Part shown: positions 1-12,530 of the stretch, one piece after another
Position numbering within the stretch: position 1 is the first letter of the stretch
Layout: every line of letters begins with the position of its first letter
NCBI GenBank assembly: GCA_965112735.1
Contig: OZ218957.1
Location: forward strand, 2,418,001 to 2,482,000
DNA from: Phaeosaccion multiseriatum
Lineage: Eukaryota; Protista; Ochrophyta, other classes
Direction: 5' to 3'
DNA length: 64,000 bases
Notes under the pieces: model-generated
Database searches by the model: none
What the model saw: only the letters and a program-made list of their open reading frames with translations
Told to the model about the DNA's origin: nothing
Position numbers and translations under genes: made by a program

Positions 1-1693
1 CCTCGAATTATTTCATCTTCATCCTCTGCTGCGTTTGGTGTCTCTCCTTGAAAATGGGTCTTGTACAGCTGTACCTCACGTAAAAAGTCATAACTCTCGT
101 GACACATCGATCTGTTGACGTAGTCAATGAGCACGTCGTTCATAAGCGGCTCTTGCATCATGGCTTCAACGTCAGAGTACTTCTCTCTGTACTTCTCCAA
201 TTTCACGTTCTCCCAATCATCGCCCTCGACGGCTATTCTGCTCATCGTCGCTCCTCGCCGCGCCCGCCTCACGCTGAGTCGCTTCATGACGAACCTGTAA
301 GCATGGCCTTCGTTGTCCCTGCCCACTAAACACAACACCAGCGACTCGAAAATGCTGGCAAGCAAGCCTAAACCAATCAAAAGGTTGATGGCAGTGCCCG
401 TGTCCGCAAGGCCCGTTTTGTCGAGAAACACCGTCGCCAAGATTGGTATCGACATGGACAGGACGATGATGTTGACGCGATGTAGCTCAGACCCAAATTC
501 AAGCATATCGTCCAGGTCCTCCACGTATCCCGCTATGACGTTGAGGATGCAGTAGACGAAGAAGAGCATGTGAGAGTGCACAGCCCAATCATTGAAGAAG
601 TATCCACACTCCTCACCGAGCTCCTCGCGGCCCTGCGGGCGGGGGGGGGGGTGGATCGGGGAGGAGGGTGGGGGACGGTGGAGCGCGTGGACGGGTCAGG
701 AGGGGGTAGCTGCGGAAATCACAATGGATAAAGCTCTTATCATTTCTGTGGCATCCCTCGCGAATCGGGTTGGAACTGCTTCCTCTCCCTCGTGCTGCTC
801 ACCTTGGAGTAGCGGGGGAGGGCGAATGTCAACACTGTGCACACACAAACAGCCAGTAGAGGGCCTATACCACACCCCGTGAACATTGCTTTGCGAGATA
901 GGAACTTGCCGTACTTCTGCCGTAGAACTGGAGTGAATCAGGGAAAGAAAGGGGGAAAGGGCATGAGGCCGAGAGAGCTGTTGATTGAGCATGCAGCCAG
1001 CTGGATGAGGGATAAACCAAGGCAAAGAAACAATAGAGCTCCCCACGAACCGGAAAGGGAGCCAGAAGTGTAGCTACCTCATCCTCTCCGCCCGCGCGCC
1101 CCCTCCCGCTTACCTTTATCCCCACTCACACCGAGGCGAAGCCCTCGTATACCGTACGCCCACAAGAAAAGGAGGAAGAACAAATCTGGGGAGGAGAAAG
1201 AGAGGAGGGTGGGAGAGACAAGAGAAGAGTAGGTGGAGCAGAGTCAGCGCAGAGATGGGCGGGTGGGGCACGCAGCAGGGGGAGAACAACACGGTACGAG
1301 TCGCAACCCCTCGCCCAGGCCGCCCGGCAGTGTCGTGGTGGGCCGAGCAGGAGAACAGACACTCACATGACTCCCACATGGTTATCCAGCAAGGCCATTC
1401 CTTGCCCAGCGTGGTGACCACTTGTTGGAGAGGAAGGAGAATGCCCCCGACCAGGAACGCATAGGCAACGGAAACTAAAGTGAGCTCAGGCGTGCGAGCT
1501 CGGAAGCGAAGTGTGTCCGACCTGCACACCAGAGCGAGAGGGAGAGAAGGGTGTCAGTGAGGACTCGCTTGGTGTCCAGCTCTGGCCACCCTCCCTTCTG
1601 TACATACATGCTAAAGAAAAACGCGAATGAGCCGATGGTAACCAAAATGAAGACGATGAAGTAAACGCTCAAGAAGGCTACTGAAAAGATCAT
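1..1693 (-). CDS. 7TM-RGS protein (seven-transmembrane regulator of G-protein signalling, RGS1-like); runs off the left window edge
   Basis: Exons 1693-1608, 1521-1367, 1185-1114, 927-803, 632-<1 join in frame through GT-AG introns. Several hydrophobic TM segments (MIFSVAFLSVYFIVFILVTIG; RARTPELTLVSVAYAFLVGG; YLFFLLFLWAYGIRGLRL) are followed by an RGS-box start, DVEAMMQEPLMNDVLIDYVNRSMCHESYDFLREVQLYK. The last exon is absent from the ORF track because it crosses the edge. Confidence 0.8.
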
Positions 1694-1969
1694 GGTAGTA
1701 GTGGGATGGGTGTATAAGAGCAAGCCGAGGCGTGGTACTCCGGCTCCTCCCTACGGGAAATTCACCATGATTTGGCTTATGCTACTCCTACTCCTACTCC
1801 TACTGCTGGAGTTACCCTCCTTGCGGCCGGTCGCCGTAAACCCGCACACGGATCGCACACGTACAGGCCAAAACATGTAACGCCTGCGGACACCAGGTAT
1901 TGTTGACTTTTCTTTTATCTTGGCCCTTTGATTTACTTGGTGTGGCGCCCGCACCGCCCCAGCTTCATC

Positions 1970-3274
1970 ATGAAGAAAGGACGAAAGGATGGAGACGCCC
2001 AGGCGAAGGCACTGGCAAAGGCGGGCGAGTTCGTGGCCAAGCTCGCTGGCAAGCTGCACGCCACTGGTCTCGAGGGCGACGATGCAACGCGTTTATTTCG
2101 GGCGTCTGTGGAGGCGCTGCCTGCACGAAGCTCGTTGAAGAGGGTCCTGGGAGAGCAGCCTGATGAGTTCGCCGCGGCTTTCGCTGAGCAAGTGCGCTCT
2201 CTGAGCGGGGCCAGGAAGCGGCGGAGGGTTCAGTCTCCTGCTGCAGCTGCGGCGGCGGCTGCTGTCGCGGAGGAGGAAGAGGAGGAGGCGTCCCCGCTCA
2301 ACGTCACCACGAAGGCCCTCTATAAGCGACAGGCGCGACGCGCGATGGGAACCATTCCGTCTACCTCTGCGCCCTCCCCTACCGAAGCTCTGACTCTGCT
2401 GGCCACGGACCCCTCTGCCTCTTTAGAGGTGCTCCTGGCCTTCTTCTGTGGAGCGAGTCCAGCAGCAGCCACAAAAGGCTCGAGGAGCAGCTCCAAGGAA
2501 GGCAGCAGCGATGCCGCTCTGGAGCAAATAGAGGCCGTGGTTGCCGGCCTCTCTTCCGGCCTCGCCTTGCTTCCGAGCTCCTCTGCTGGCCGCCTACACG
2601 ACCTCATGCGCCAGGCACACGAGGGCGTGGCGGTCCTGCTGCAGCAAGGCCGGAGTCTGTCCGTGGCTGCTCGTTTGGTACGCCGAATTCTAGTGCTCAG
2701 TAGCGGCAACAGCAGCACCAGCAGCAGTGGGAGTAGCAGAGGGAGTAGGTCGGCGAGTGTGGTGGAGGGGCGGGGGTGTGCTGCTCTGCTTGTCGATTAC
2801 CTGACCCTCGCTGCGGCCTTGGGTCCTCAGGACGAGGCTTTCAGCAGCAGCGGATGGGACAGTCTGTTGGATCACGTCATGGCGATGTGCGATATTGCCC
2901 TTGGTCCTCTGCAGCAGCAACAGCAACAACAGCAGCAACAGCGAGGCGCACAGGAATTTGCACTGCTGTTCTGCAGAGAGCTGGCAATGCGCTGCTCCTT
3001 TGCACACTCTGCTGCTGCATCATCAAGTGGGGGGGCAAAGAGGGCAAAGAACGGCGGCAGCAGCAGCAGCAGCACCAAGAAGGAGAGCAAAGGGACGCCG
3101 CATATGATCCAAATGGCTGATCTGCCGCCCCCCGCTGCTGCGCTCATCGCGTCAGCGTGCCAACAGGTGTGGTTTCATCTATGCTCGGGGACACGGGCGA
3201 CGGACGGGAGCATGTATCTGAAGAGCGCCACCGCCTCACTCATCACCCACCAACTCCTCTCCTTCGTGGCGCAC

Positions 3275-3312
<38 letters not shown>

Positions 3313-3859
3313 GCACAAGAAGGAGGGGGCGCGGAGTGGGAGTGGGGGGGCGCTACAGCTGAGTCGTGCGGTGGTTTCGGCAGCCAAAAGCCTCCCCCCC
3401 CCCGCCTCTCTCCTGCGATCGCTGGAGAGAGTCGACGAGCTGGCCGTGCCTCAGCCGTGCCGGAAGGTGTTTCGAGAGCTGGCGCAAGCCTCGGCTTCGG
3501 GCGGTTCCGCGGCGTTGTCCTCCCATCTTTGGAGTGGAGCAGGCAGCAGCGCTGACGTTGGTCCCGGTGGTGATTCCGGACGGACGGAGGCTCTGGCTCG
3601 CCTGGCTTGGGCGTGGGGAGAACTCATGGTGGGCGAGGGAGAGGGAAGCAACGAGGAAGAGGAGGAGGGTGAGGATAAAGACGGGGGAGAGGGGGAGGAG
3701 GATGAGAGGGGCGGGGAGGACTCAGACATGGACGGCTCAGAAGGCGAGGAAGAGCTCTTCTTCGTAGACAAGGGCTCAGGCGGCAGGCCAACCAACGGAG
3801 GTGGGGCTTCTGTGGCGTTTGGAGGGGATGAGGTGGAGGAAGAATCTGAGAGTGAGTGA
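1970..3859 (+). CDS. Uncharacterised intronless protein (~629 aa): basic NLS-like KRRR, helical core, acidic tail with ELFFVDKG motif
   Basis: Long open frame, first ATG at 1970 (MKKGRKDG). Divergent from the RGS gene with ~280 bp between the start codons. No family recognised. Confidence 0.75.
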
Positions 3860-4341
3860 GGAAGGAAGGAAGGAAGGAAGGAAGGAGCGTCCTGAGAGTA
3901 TGTGAAGAAGTGAAAGGACCAGCGGGATGTTGCGCTGCTGTAGAGATGCGAGCTGCTGTCTGTCAGTCCTTCTTAATGGAGGGTCCATTAGGTGTTGTAC
4001 GTGACGTTGCTTTGCGACACTTCCCTTGTCATATGGTACTGATTCGAATTAAAGCAAAAGTATGCGAGTACCAAACCCCGGCTTCAGAGTCAAGACGCTC
4101 AAATTAATTGAAAAAAAGAAAAAAAACACTCACGTACATCCCACTCGACTCCCCTTCCGCCACCCGACGTTAACGCTTGCATCTCTTCCGTTAGTGTCCG
4201 CATAACCCCCGCCCCCGCCGCACACGCACACACGCATCAGGCCATTCTCGGCCAGGCGAGCTGAGAGCACACCACCCGTACCATGAAAATGAAAACACCC
4301 AAGCAGGCAGACACGACCGCCGCCTGCAGCGGCAGGTTGAG

Positions 4342-4433
4342 TAAAAGACACACATTAATTGAAGAGGGGCGTAGCGTGTCTGGAGCCTAAAAGACACACA
4401 TTAATTGAAGAGGGGCGTAGCGTGTCTGGAGCC
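4342..4433. repeat. Perfect 46-bp tandem duplication
   Basis: TAAAAGACACACATTAATTGAAGAGGGGCGTAGCGTGTCTGGAGCC at 4342-4387 and 4388-4433. Confidence 0.95.
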
Positions 4434-4896
4434 GAGAGGGGGCGGCTTGGTTCTTTCGTCGTGACAGAGCTCTATTCCACCCCAACGCGCAGCTGCCCCA
4501 CCACCGCATCGCCTCAAATTCGTCCACTCGTTCACGAACGGCCCCGCCTGGGTCGTCAAAGCTGCACGCTGCGGTGCGGCAGCCCCTTACGCTCTCATTT
4601 CCGTAGCACTCGAGGCCTCTCCTCATGCCCCTACTGCACTCGTTGCTCCTTCCATCATGGTGGAGGCGGAGGTCTTCTCGAAAGAGACGCACTGGAAATG
4701 TAGAGGGTATCGCCGCTGTTTTGTTGCTCCAATAGAGGGGGGCTACTGATTGTCGTCGGAGGTTGATGCACACAGCTCGGGTAGACCTTCCGCCACCTAT
4801 CTGCTGTGGTAGTTTGCGACGTATAAGATTAGTCCATTCAGGAACTTCCCCCAGTGGTAATGAGGGAATCTTAAAGCAGTCTTTCTCCCTCCCGCC

Positions 4897-5264
4897 CTAG
4901 CCAAGTGATGTTGTGACGCGGACGTGCTCGCCGCAACTGAGTGTGTCTTTTACAAGATGTCTCAGGTCGAGAGAGGCTCCTTTCTTATTCACAATGGTTA
5001 CTGGCATCCCGAGCTGCTTCCACCCCTCGTAGTCCATCTCATCAAAGCGCATTATCGCCACGATACCGAGCCACCGCAATCGCTGCTCGCCATCTCCGCA
5101 GGAGATGGAAATGACTTTATCCTGAGAAGAAGTAGTAGTTCATGTAGGTACAGTGTGAGATGAGGGTTGGAATGGAGGGGAGTTAGTCCTTCCTTACTCA
5201 CATGGACGTGCACATAGACCTCAAAAACGTTCTCGGGCGCTTCCTCCTCCTCAGCCTCTGTCAT
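4897..5264 (-). CDS. Small (~95 aa) hypothetical protein, possibly ubiquitin/PB1-like beta-grasp fold
   Basis: Exons 5264-5202 and 5121-4897 (CAT|gtgagt ... ctcag|GAT) give VYVHVHDKVISISCGDGEQRLRWLGIVAIMRFDE...LVKDTLSCGEHVRVTTSLG*. The fold assignment is a guess from the strand/helix pattern. Confidence 0.75.
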
Positions 5265-5409
5265 GATACAAAGTCTTCAGAAAACGAAGACAGAAATGGT
5301 AACGCCACGCCTTCGGATGCCATCAGCCATGCTGAAACTGAAACTGGTGGAGCTGGTCTTCGGTCTTGTTTTTCTACCCATCCCACTTTAAAGCGCGACC
5401 AGCAGCACC

Positions 5410-5471
5410 ATGAATAGCTACATCAAGACCAAGCCGAGGGGGAGGAGAGCAGAATCGCTCTCCGAGAAGCC

Positions 5472-5504
<33 letters not shown>

Positions 5505-5759
5505 AAGGCAAAAGAAGTCGGAGGCTTCCACTAGGTACGGCGGGATACCTCCCCCCCCTATCTCTCGTGTCGCTTCCCTAAGGCACGCCCACATCTGTGA
5601 GAGGATTATTTCTCTGTGCATTTCCTCACACTCCTACGTGCGGCCTCGCCCAGAAGAAGCGACGCTGATGAGGGCCACCATTTTAGGGATATCAGTGCTC
5701 GAGGCGTCGTTGACAATTAAACCAAAATCCCTCTTACCATTGCCCCCCTTCTCGCTGTC

Positions 5760-5838
<79 letters not shown>

Positions 5839-6709
5839 TGTGTCTCTCTCTATCTGCCTCCCCCCTTAGTGGCCCTCTTACTGAAATTGGCGATGGGGAG
5901 TACGTACAGACGTCGATCCACCAGGTAGTGCTTCTTGTCGATCTCTTTGTCATCGACGCATCACCTTCATCTGATCTTCCCTTCAGTATCATCTGCACCT
6001 GTCACTATTATTGTCACTCTCACCGTCATTTGCTCTTGTGCGCCTGCCTGCTCACCCCAATGCTGCTCTTTGCTCTCCGGTGCTCTCCCCAGAATGTGGG
6101 CTATTCGAGGCAGGGCGTGACTAAGTTGACCACGAATGAGGGTAAGGTGTTTGCTTACGTGGTTGACAATTACCAAATTCCTCAAGACATTGAGAAAAAC
6201 CGAAAGGTAAGGGACCAGCAGGCAGAGCAGTAGTACATGAAAGGGAAGGGGGGCACCGCGCACCTAAGGGAGACACACTTAACATGCACGGAAGGAGAGA
6301 GGGGGGGCGGAACCAGTTTTGTTTCAGGTTTGGTGCTGGGGGGTGGAGCGCTCCTCTCGCGCGATGGCACTGTACAGGCTTTAGCAGGCGAGGCCTCTCC
6401 TCCCCTCTCACTCATGGGCGTAAGTGCCCACCCACACACGGCTCCTCTCCAACGCGTGACACCCCTCGCCCCCCCACCAACGCGTTTGCCCCCCTTCCTC
6501 CCCCTTCCTCGCCTGTTGTATCCACATCACATCAGTATGGGCCATTGAGCGGGTCGACCTTCGAGAGGCGGGTCCTTAGAGCCTACACAAATTCACAACT
6601 GCAAGCCAAGGAGGGGTCGGCAGCCGCGACAGCTCCGCTAAAGATGTGTACGCGGTGTGGCGGTGTAGGGCACTTTAAGCGCAACTGTTACGAGGAGGAG
6701 GCTCCGTGA
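5410..6709 (+). CDS. Small protein with C-terminal CCHC zinc knuckle and a POLD4/p12-like YGPxxG motif
   Basis: Exons 5410-5534, 5870-5924, 6093-6206, 6536-6709 join in frame. Ends YGPLSGSTFERRVLRAY...CTRCGGVGHFKRNC (Cx2Cx4Hx4C). Head-to-head with the previous gene (~145 bp between ATGs). Confidence 0.8.
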
Positions 6710-7404
6710 AGACAAGAGCCGAGCCGAGGCATGCTGCGCTCGCTGCCTGCAGACTGCGAGAAGGCGGGTCTCGAAAGAAGGGGGTGGGAGATGTGAGGAA
6801 AGGCAACACACCATCGCGCATGCGTGCGTGCGTGCGTGTGTGCTAGAGTGCCGCTCTTTGCGCCTCAGCTCATGTACAAACGTCTTTGAAGCGAATGATT
6901 CGTTTTGGTTGTATGGTTGGGGAGGAGACCAGCCTGCTGCTGCTGCTGCTGCTGCTGCCGCTGCTGGTGATGGTAGGGCCGGGAGGGAGAGAGGCACTTG
7001 TGTTGCTCAGCCTAAGGCGGCGCTCCACATAGCGCCTATCTGTTCTGTACAGACATGCTGCTTGCATTTGTCCTCTTCAACGGGAAGGGGGGTGGGTCAG
7101 CCCTCTTCAATCGGATGGAAGGGGACGTGTATTAGTCTTCTCGCGACGGGGGGCGGGTCAAGCGCTCAACGCAAAAAAAGGCAACCATTTATTTTGTACA
7201 AAATATAAAAGGTCTTTCTACAGACAAAGTAAAGAGGAAGGAAAAGCCAAGTCAAGCGGAAGGGGCAGGGGCGAGAGAGCGCTGAGAACGGCGTGACGAC
7301 CTGCATCTATCCCCAGGGTCAGTGGTCCTGCTCACCTCCCTCTCTTTCCTTACAAAACATATACATATATATATACACACATACACATACACCGCCGTCA
7401 AGAG

Positions 7405-8483
7405 TCAAGAGCAGTACTCTCCTCCTTCCTCCCTCGCCCTCGTTGGCCGGATGGCCCTTACAAAGCAGCGGTAGTGGTACGCATCCGACGACCAAAGCTC
7501 CGGCGACAGCGGAGGAGAAAGAGGAAAAGAGGAGCAAGAACCGGCACCGCCCGCTCGGCCTCTTTGGCCGAACAAGAGCTGCCGGGATGAGGGGGCATAC
7601 ACACCCACTTCGGCATACCCTCCTGTTGTATCACCAACTGCTTCTGCTTGTGCTCCTCCTGCTGCTGCTGCTGCTCGCCCATGCACCATCCTGGTGGTGG
7701 CTTCCCTTCGAGCTGCCTCCTCCTCCCCCTCCTCTTCCTCCTCCTCCTCCTGCTCTTCCTCCTCTTCCTGAGTCATAAGAGAGCAAGACCTTGCCGGGCA
7801 GCACTCCAGGAGCACGTCAAACTCCGGCGGCGGTGGCGGTGGCGGACGACGCTGACGCTTCTCAGCAGTCCCTGTCCCTGCCCCTGTCCGTGATGCTCCT
7901 CCTGCCCCTTCTGCCCCTGCTCCTGACTCTCCCGCTGGCGTCGGCGCTGGCGAGAGGCCCATCACCATCATCCTAGCCAGGGACGAGGCCTCCGGATGCG
8001 CGCCGAGAAAGGGCACGGGCAAGTGCGCGAAGATGGAGCTCGACCCCGCCGCGTCCACCTCCACAACGAGCTCTTCCTCCCGCTCCTTCCTCTCCTCCTT
8101 CTCCCTCTTCTCCTCTTCGCCCTCCTCCTCCTCCTCCTCCTCCTCCTCCTCCTCCTCCTCCTTCTCCTCTGCAGCTGCTGCGGCTGCAGTCCTCGACCCA
8201 CGCCATCCTGCGGCAGACCGAAGGCTCAGGGTGTACCCCACACGGCTTCTGTCCTCCCTTGTACCCCGTCTGCGCCGCTGCTGCTGTCGTGTGAAAGGGA
8301 AGTCGCCATCGTCACAGCTCACCTACAGCGTGCGGGGAGCACAGCCACGACACGAGCGAGATGAGAGCGCGGTCCGGAGACAGAAGGGAAGTTGGTGATA
8401 CAGCAGTGATTTGTGATACAGCTGCAGCTTGTGAGACACGTATACACGGGAGCTGGCGAGGCTCGACCGATACATACACAACC

Positions 8484-8529
<46 letters not shown>

Positions 8530-10938
8530 AAGAGCCACAACAAAGACGAGGCAAGTGACAGCAAGCAAAGGAGGCGAAGCCAAACAAATGCACGAGAGCG
8601 AAAGAAGAGGAGAGGAGGGGAGAGGAGAGAAGAGAAGGGCGCAACGCATGGCGCAGTGGGGGTGGGTCGGGCATACAATACCCTTCTAGATCATCCCCGC
8701 CTGTTACAGATACCGGTTACAGATACCACACGCACACCCACGTACCTCCACAGCCTCCAGCTTGCACACCAGTACTGGAGGGGCGGAGGCTGGAGCAGCT
8801 GCCAACGCTGCCTGTGCAGCCTGCTGCCTCCGTGTCTGTCCCCGCTGCTGCTCGGTGCGGTGGCAGCGTTGTTGTTGCTGCTGCAGAAGCCTGCTCAGCT
8901 CTTGCCTCAAGGGGGCTACTCTCAAGAAGGGGAGGCTCAGCTCCCACAGCCTCCTCTTGCTCTTGGCTCGCTCCAGAGGGGTGCTACACCTCCTCGTGTT
9001 TCCCTCCCCCCCCCCCCCACCACCACTATTACAACTCACACTCATTCTCCCCAGACCACTCGTGGCACTGCCCCTCGGAGGTCTCAGTCGTTGCAGCAGC
9101 CGCATCGTCTCCCTTCGGTGCACTCCATCCAGGACCGCCAGCGCTCTAGAGTCATGTGCAGAGAGGAGGGACACGCGGGAGTGCGCAGAGCCAAACAACT
9201 TGTTGTCGTTGTTGTTGTTGTTGTTGTTGTTGTTGCTGCTGCTGCTGCTGCGGTTCAATATTTCTCCTTCTGCTGCTTCCGCTGCTGTTGCTCCTCCAGG
9301 ACGAGTGTTCCTGGACCACACGACAGAGGGCAGAAAAAGGGCTCAGACGTAGTCGCACTTGGAAGATACACAGTCCCTCCTTCCCCTTCTCCCCTCCCTA
9401 CCTCCCTCCCTCCCTCCCTCCCTCTCCCTGCCTCTCCCTCCCCCCCTCCGTCCCGCCCTTCTTCCCTCACCTTACCTAGCGAGGACGTTGGTGATTCGCA
9501 GCACCGTCGCGCTCCAGCAGTGGCCCCTGTCTTTGCTATCGTTACCGCTGCTGCCTAGGGCCTTTCTTAGTGTCTCCATGGTCTTGCGTCGAGGCAGATC
9601 CAGGCGGGCTTCCATCTCCTCCCCGCCCCATCCCCGTAGCCGCAGGTCTACCCACATTGGCAATGGCAACGGCGACAGGGGATGTGAATCACCACCTTCA
9701 TCACTACTCTTTGCTGCAGCAGCGCTTGCATCACCAACGCCACCGTCCTCTGTCAACAAGCCCCCCACCTCCTCCTCCTCCTCCTCCTCCTCCTCCTCCT
9801 CCTCCTCCTCCGCCCCTTCCTCCTTCGAGGATGACTGTAATGGTGACCGAAGCGGCCCCTCCTGTGTGACTCGCAGCAGTTCGGCACACACTGTCGTTCG
9901 CACGTCCGGGGCAAGAGCGGGTAGGGGGAGTACTTCGTCTGGCAAGGGCAAGAGCCACCTGAGACCCCCGTCTGGCTCTTCCCCTTCTCCTCCTCCTCCT
10001 CCTCCTCCTCCTCCTCCTCCTCCTCCTCCTCCTGCTGCTGCTGCTGCGGTGGGTGTGGAGGGGCTCGCGATCGCTGCCGCTACAGCCCCTTCAACGGCTA
10101 TCTGTTTCACCAGGTTAGGGTGCGTTTCCATGGCCCAATCCACTACTGTCTGAGCGTGCTGCCTACTCTCCCTCGGCTCCTGCTGCTCCTGGTTGGTGTC
10201 GCCCGCGAGATGTTCTCCCCCATGCATCAAGTAATGCTCGTTTCTCCACAGCACTCGGACGGAGGAGGGGGGGTAGTCGGAACTGTGACACAAGAGGGTG
10301 CGAGAAAAAGGGAGAGAGAGGGACAGATAGAGAGAGAGAGTGAGGGAGAGAGAGAAAGGGAGAGAGAGAGAGAGAGAGAGAGAGAGCGGGAGAGAGCGAG
10401 AAAGAGAGAGAGAGAGAAGGACACGAACAAGGTGCTTGTCAGGCTCGCCATGCACAGCTACAGGGCTTTCTACCCTCCTACTCTTGTCCCCTCCCCTCTG
10501 CGACCTCCAAGAACTCACGTGGTGAGTTGCTGCTTGTTTTGAAAGGAGTTAAAGACGGACTTCACGCTCCGGAGGAGAAGGATATCCCCCACCCGGACGT
10601 CCGTCTCCGCTGCTCGAGCCTTGGGGCCCCATAGAGTGAGCTGGGGCGACGGACGAGGAGGAGACAGTTGGGTGAGCGATGGAGAAGGGAAGGAGGAGAG
10701 AGAAAAAAAGTGAGGAAGATTCATTTCATGTTACCTGCACGGAGCTGCTCGTCCACGGGTCACCGAGGTGGAGCTCGCACACGTCCCAAGCTCCCCTCTG
10801 CCCGCGCTTTTGGACCTGCTTCACCTCTTTGCCCAGCACCAGCCCCACCGCGTGTCCTCCTCCCCCTCCTCCTCGCGGGGGTAGCATGCGCGCGCTCAGG
10901 GACAGGCCAGGAGTAGGCGGCCCCTGCTCTTGCCCCAT
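7405..10938 (-). CDS. Multi-OB-fold ssDNA-binding protein, SHLD2/FAM35A- or RPA1/POT1-like
   Basis: Exons 10938-10735, 10640-10519, 10282-9476, 9310-8746, 8452-8323, 8207-7405 join in frame. N-terminal OB signature GLVLGKEVKQV...CELHLGD...LTLWG...VRVGDILLLRSVK...F...QL. Further OB-like blocks are separated by low-complexity inserts. Confidence 0.6.
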
Positions 10939-11252
10939 CACATCTCAGCAATAGTGAGAGCGAGAGAGAGAGAGAGAGAGAGAGGAAGGGCAGCAGCAGA
11001 TCCTCGACTAGCTGCTCGCTGACGCCGTCGGAGCGTCAAATTCGAGGTTTTTAGATTTTTGCCACAACCTGGCCAACACGCTGCTCTCGCGATCACTCAC
11101 AGAGAGAGACGGCGTTCAGGGAGGATAATTGTGGTTGTGGATAGCTAGGCGAGGTCTCGACCCCTGCATTACAGCGGCAAGCCTTTCCTTTGTGGAGTCG
11201 CACGTGCATCTCCTTTCGATTTTTTTTCTTCCCGGCTAACTGCCCACTGACA

Positions 11253-12489
11253 ATGGTGTGGGCACGGCAATGGGGGGTTGCCCTGTCTTTGGCTGCTGCG
11301 ATTGGCTGTCTTTCGGGTGTGACGGCGGGGCCGGCTGCTTGTGAGGAGGGTGAGTTGAGTAGAGGGGGTTGGGGGCTGGTGCAATGGCATCGCACACATC
11401 ATCATGTGTTTCACGGTATCCAGGAATCCCTCTCACTACGCACTCCGCTGCTCCACTTTGCCCACGCAGGAGGAGACTGGTACTTTGGCGGAGAGCGCAC
11501 CGACGCCATCGATTGGGCATTTACTCTCTCGGTGAGCAAGAGGCAGTACTATTCCCCTCCCCAACCTCGCCTTTTGCTGAGTCACCCGCCTACTATCCCT
11601 TCATCCGTTGTTCCTTCGCCAAATGCAAACGTCGCTTCCGCCCGCAGGATTATTATGACAATAACACACATCGATGGTGAGTGGGTCTCTCTCGCTGTCA
11701 TCGTCGCTTCCCGCCTTGTTTTACCTAGCAAGTACCCAGAGCACAGTTTGCTGGAGAAAGGCGGAGAAAGGAGAATTTTTTTGCTCATCCCCTTCTTCCC
11801 TATTGAGCTATCGCTATTGCCGGCGCCAGCCGGCATGCTATCAGCAGTATTCGCCGGCGTAGTCGGTGCACTACCAGCTTTGGCCGGCGCCAGCGGGCAC
11901 GCTTTCAACTATTGCCAGCGCCAGCCGGCACGCTATTAATATGTAGACGGGCCAATAGCGCAGCTATCGGCGATAGGATTAGGGGTCGACTCTGCCTTTC
12001 TTCTCCACCGACACCTAATCCATGACACACCTGCCCTGCCCTACCCTGCCTACCCTGTCTGTCTCTATCTTGTTCAAAGGTACGTGCACGCGGCTCTCGT
12101 GGCCGATGATCTGTGGCAGCGCAACCCCTTCATCGATATTGTCGTCATAGAGAGGATAAACCCCGCCAACGGACAATGGACGGTGAGTCGAGAGAGTGGG
12201 AGGGAGAGAGAGGGGGGGGGGGGAGGGAGAGCGAGGAGGGCGAGAGAGGAAGAAGTGTGACAGAAGTGCATCCATCATTGATTCTGAACCCTTTGTGCCG
12301 TGCTGTTTGCCTTGCACGTGCTTGCGTGCGGCGTCACTACTCACACAGTACATGTGCTCGTGGTGGAACGACTACTTCCCCGTTGACGGAGGCGTCGATG
12401 TCGTCACATATGATGCACGCTCGGGCACTTACGCCTCAGAAGGGGTAAGTGGAGAGAGTGGGAGGGAGAGAGAGAGGGGGGGGGGGGGG

Positions 12490-12530
<41 letters not shown>

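Noticed and set aside
8413-10153. Plus-strand 381-aa and 264-aa ORFs
   Set aside because: Antisense shadows of the OB-fold gene plus triplet repeats
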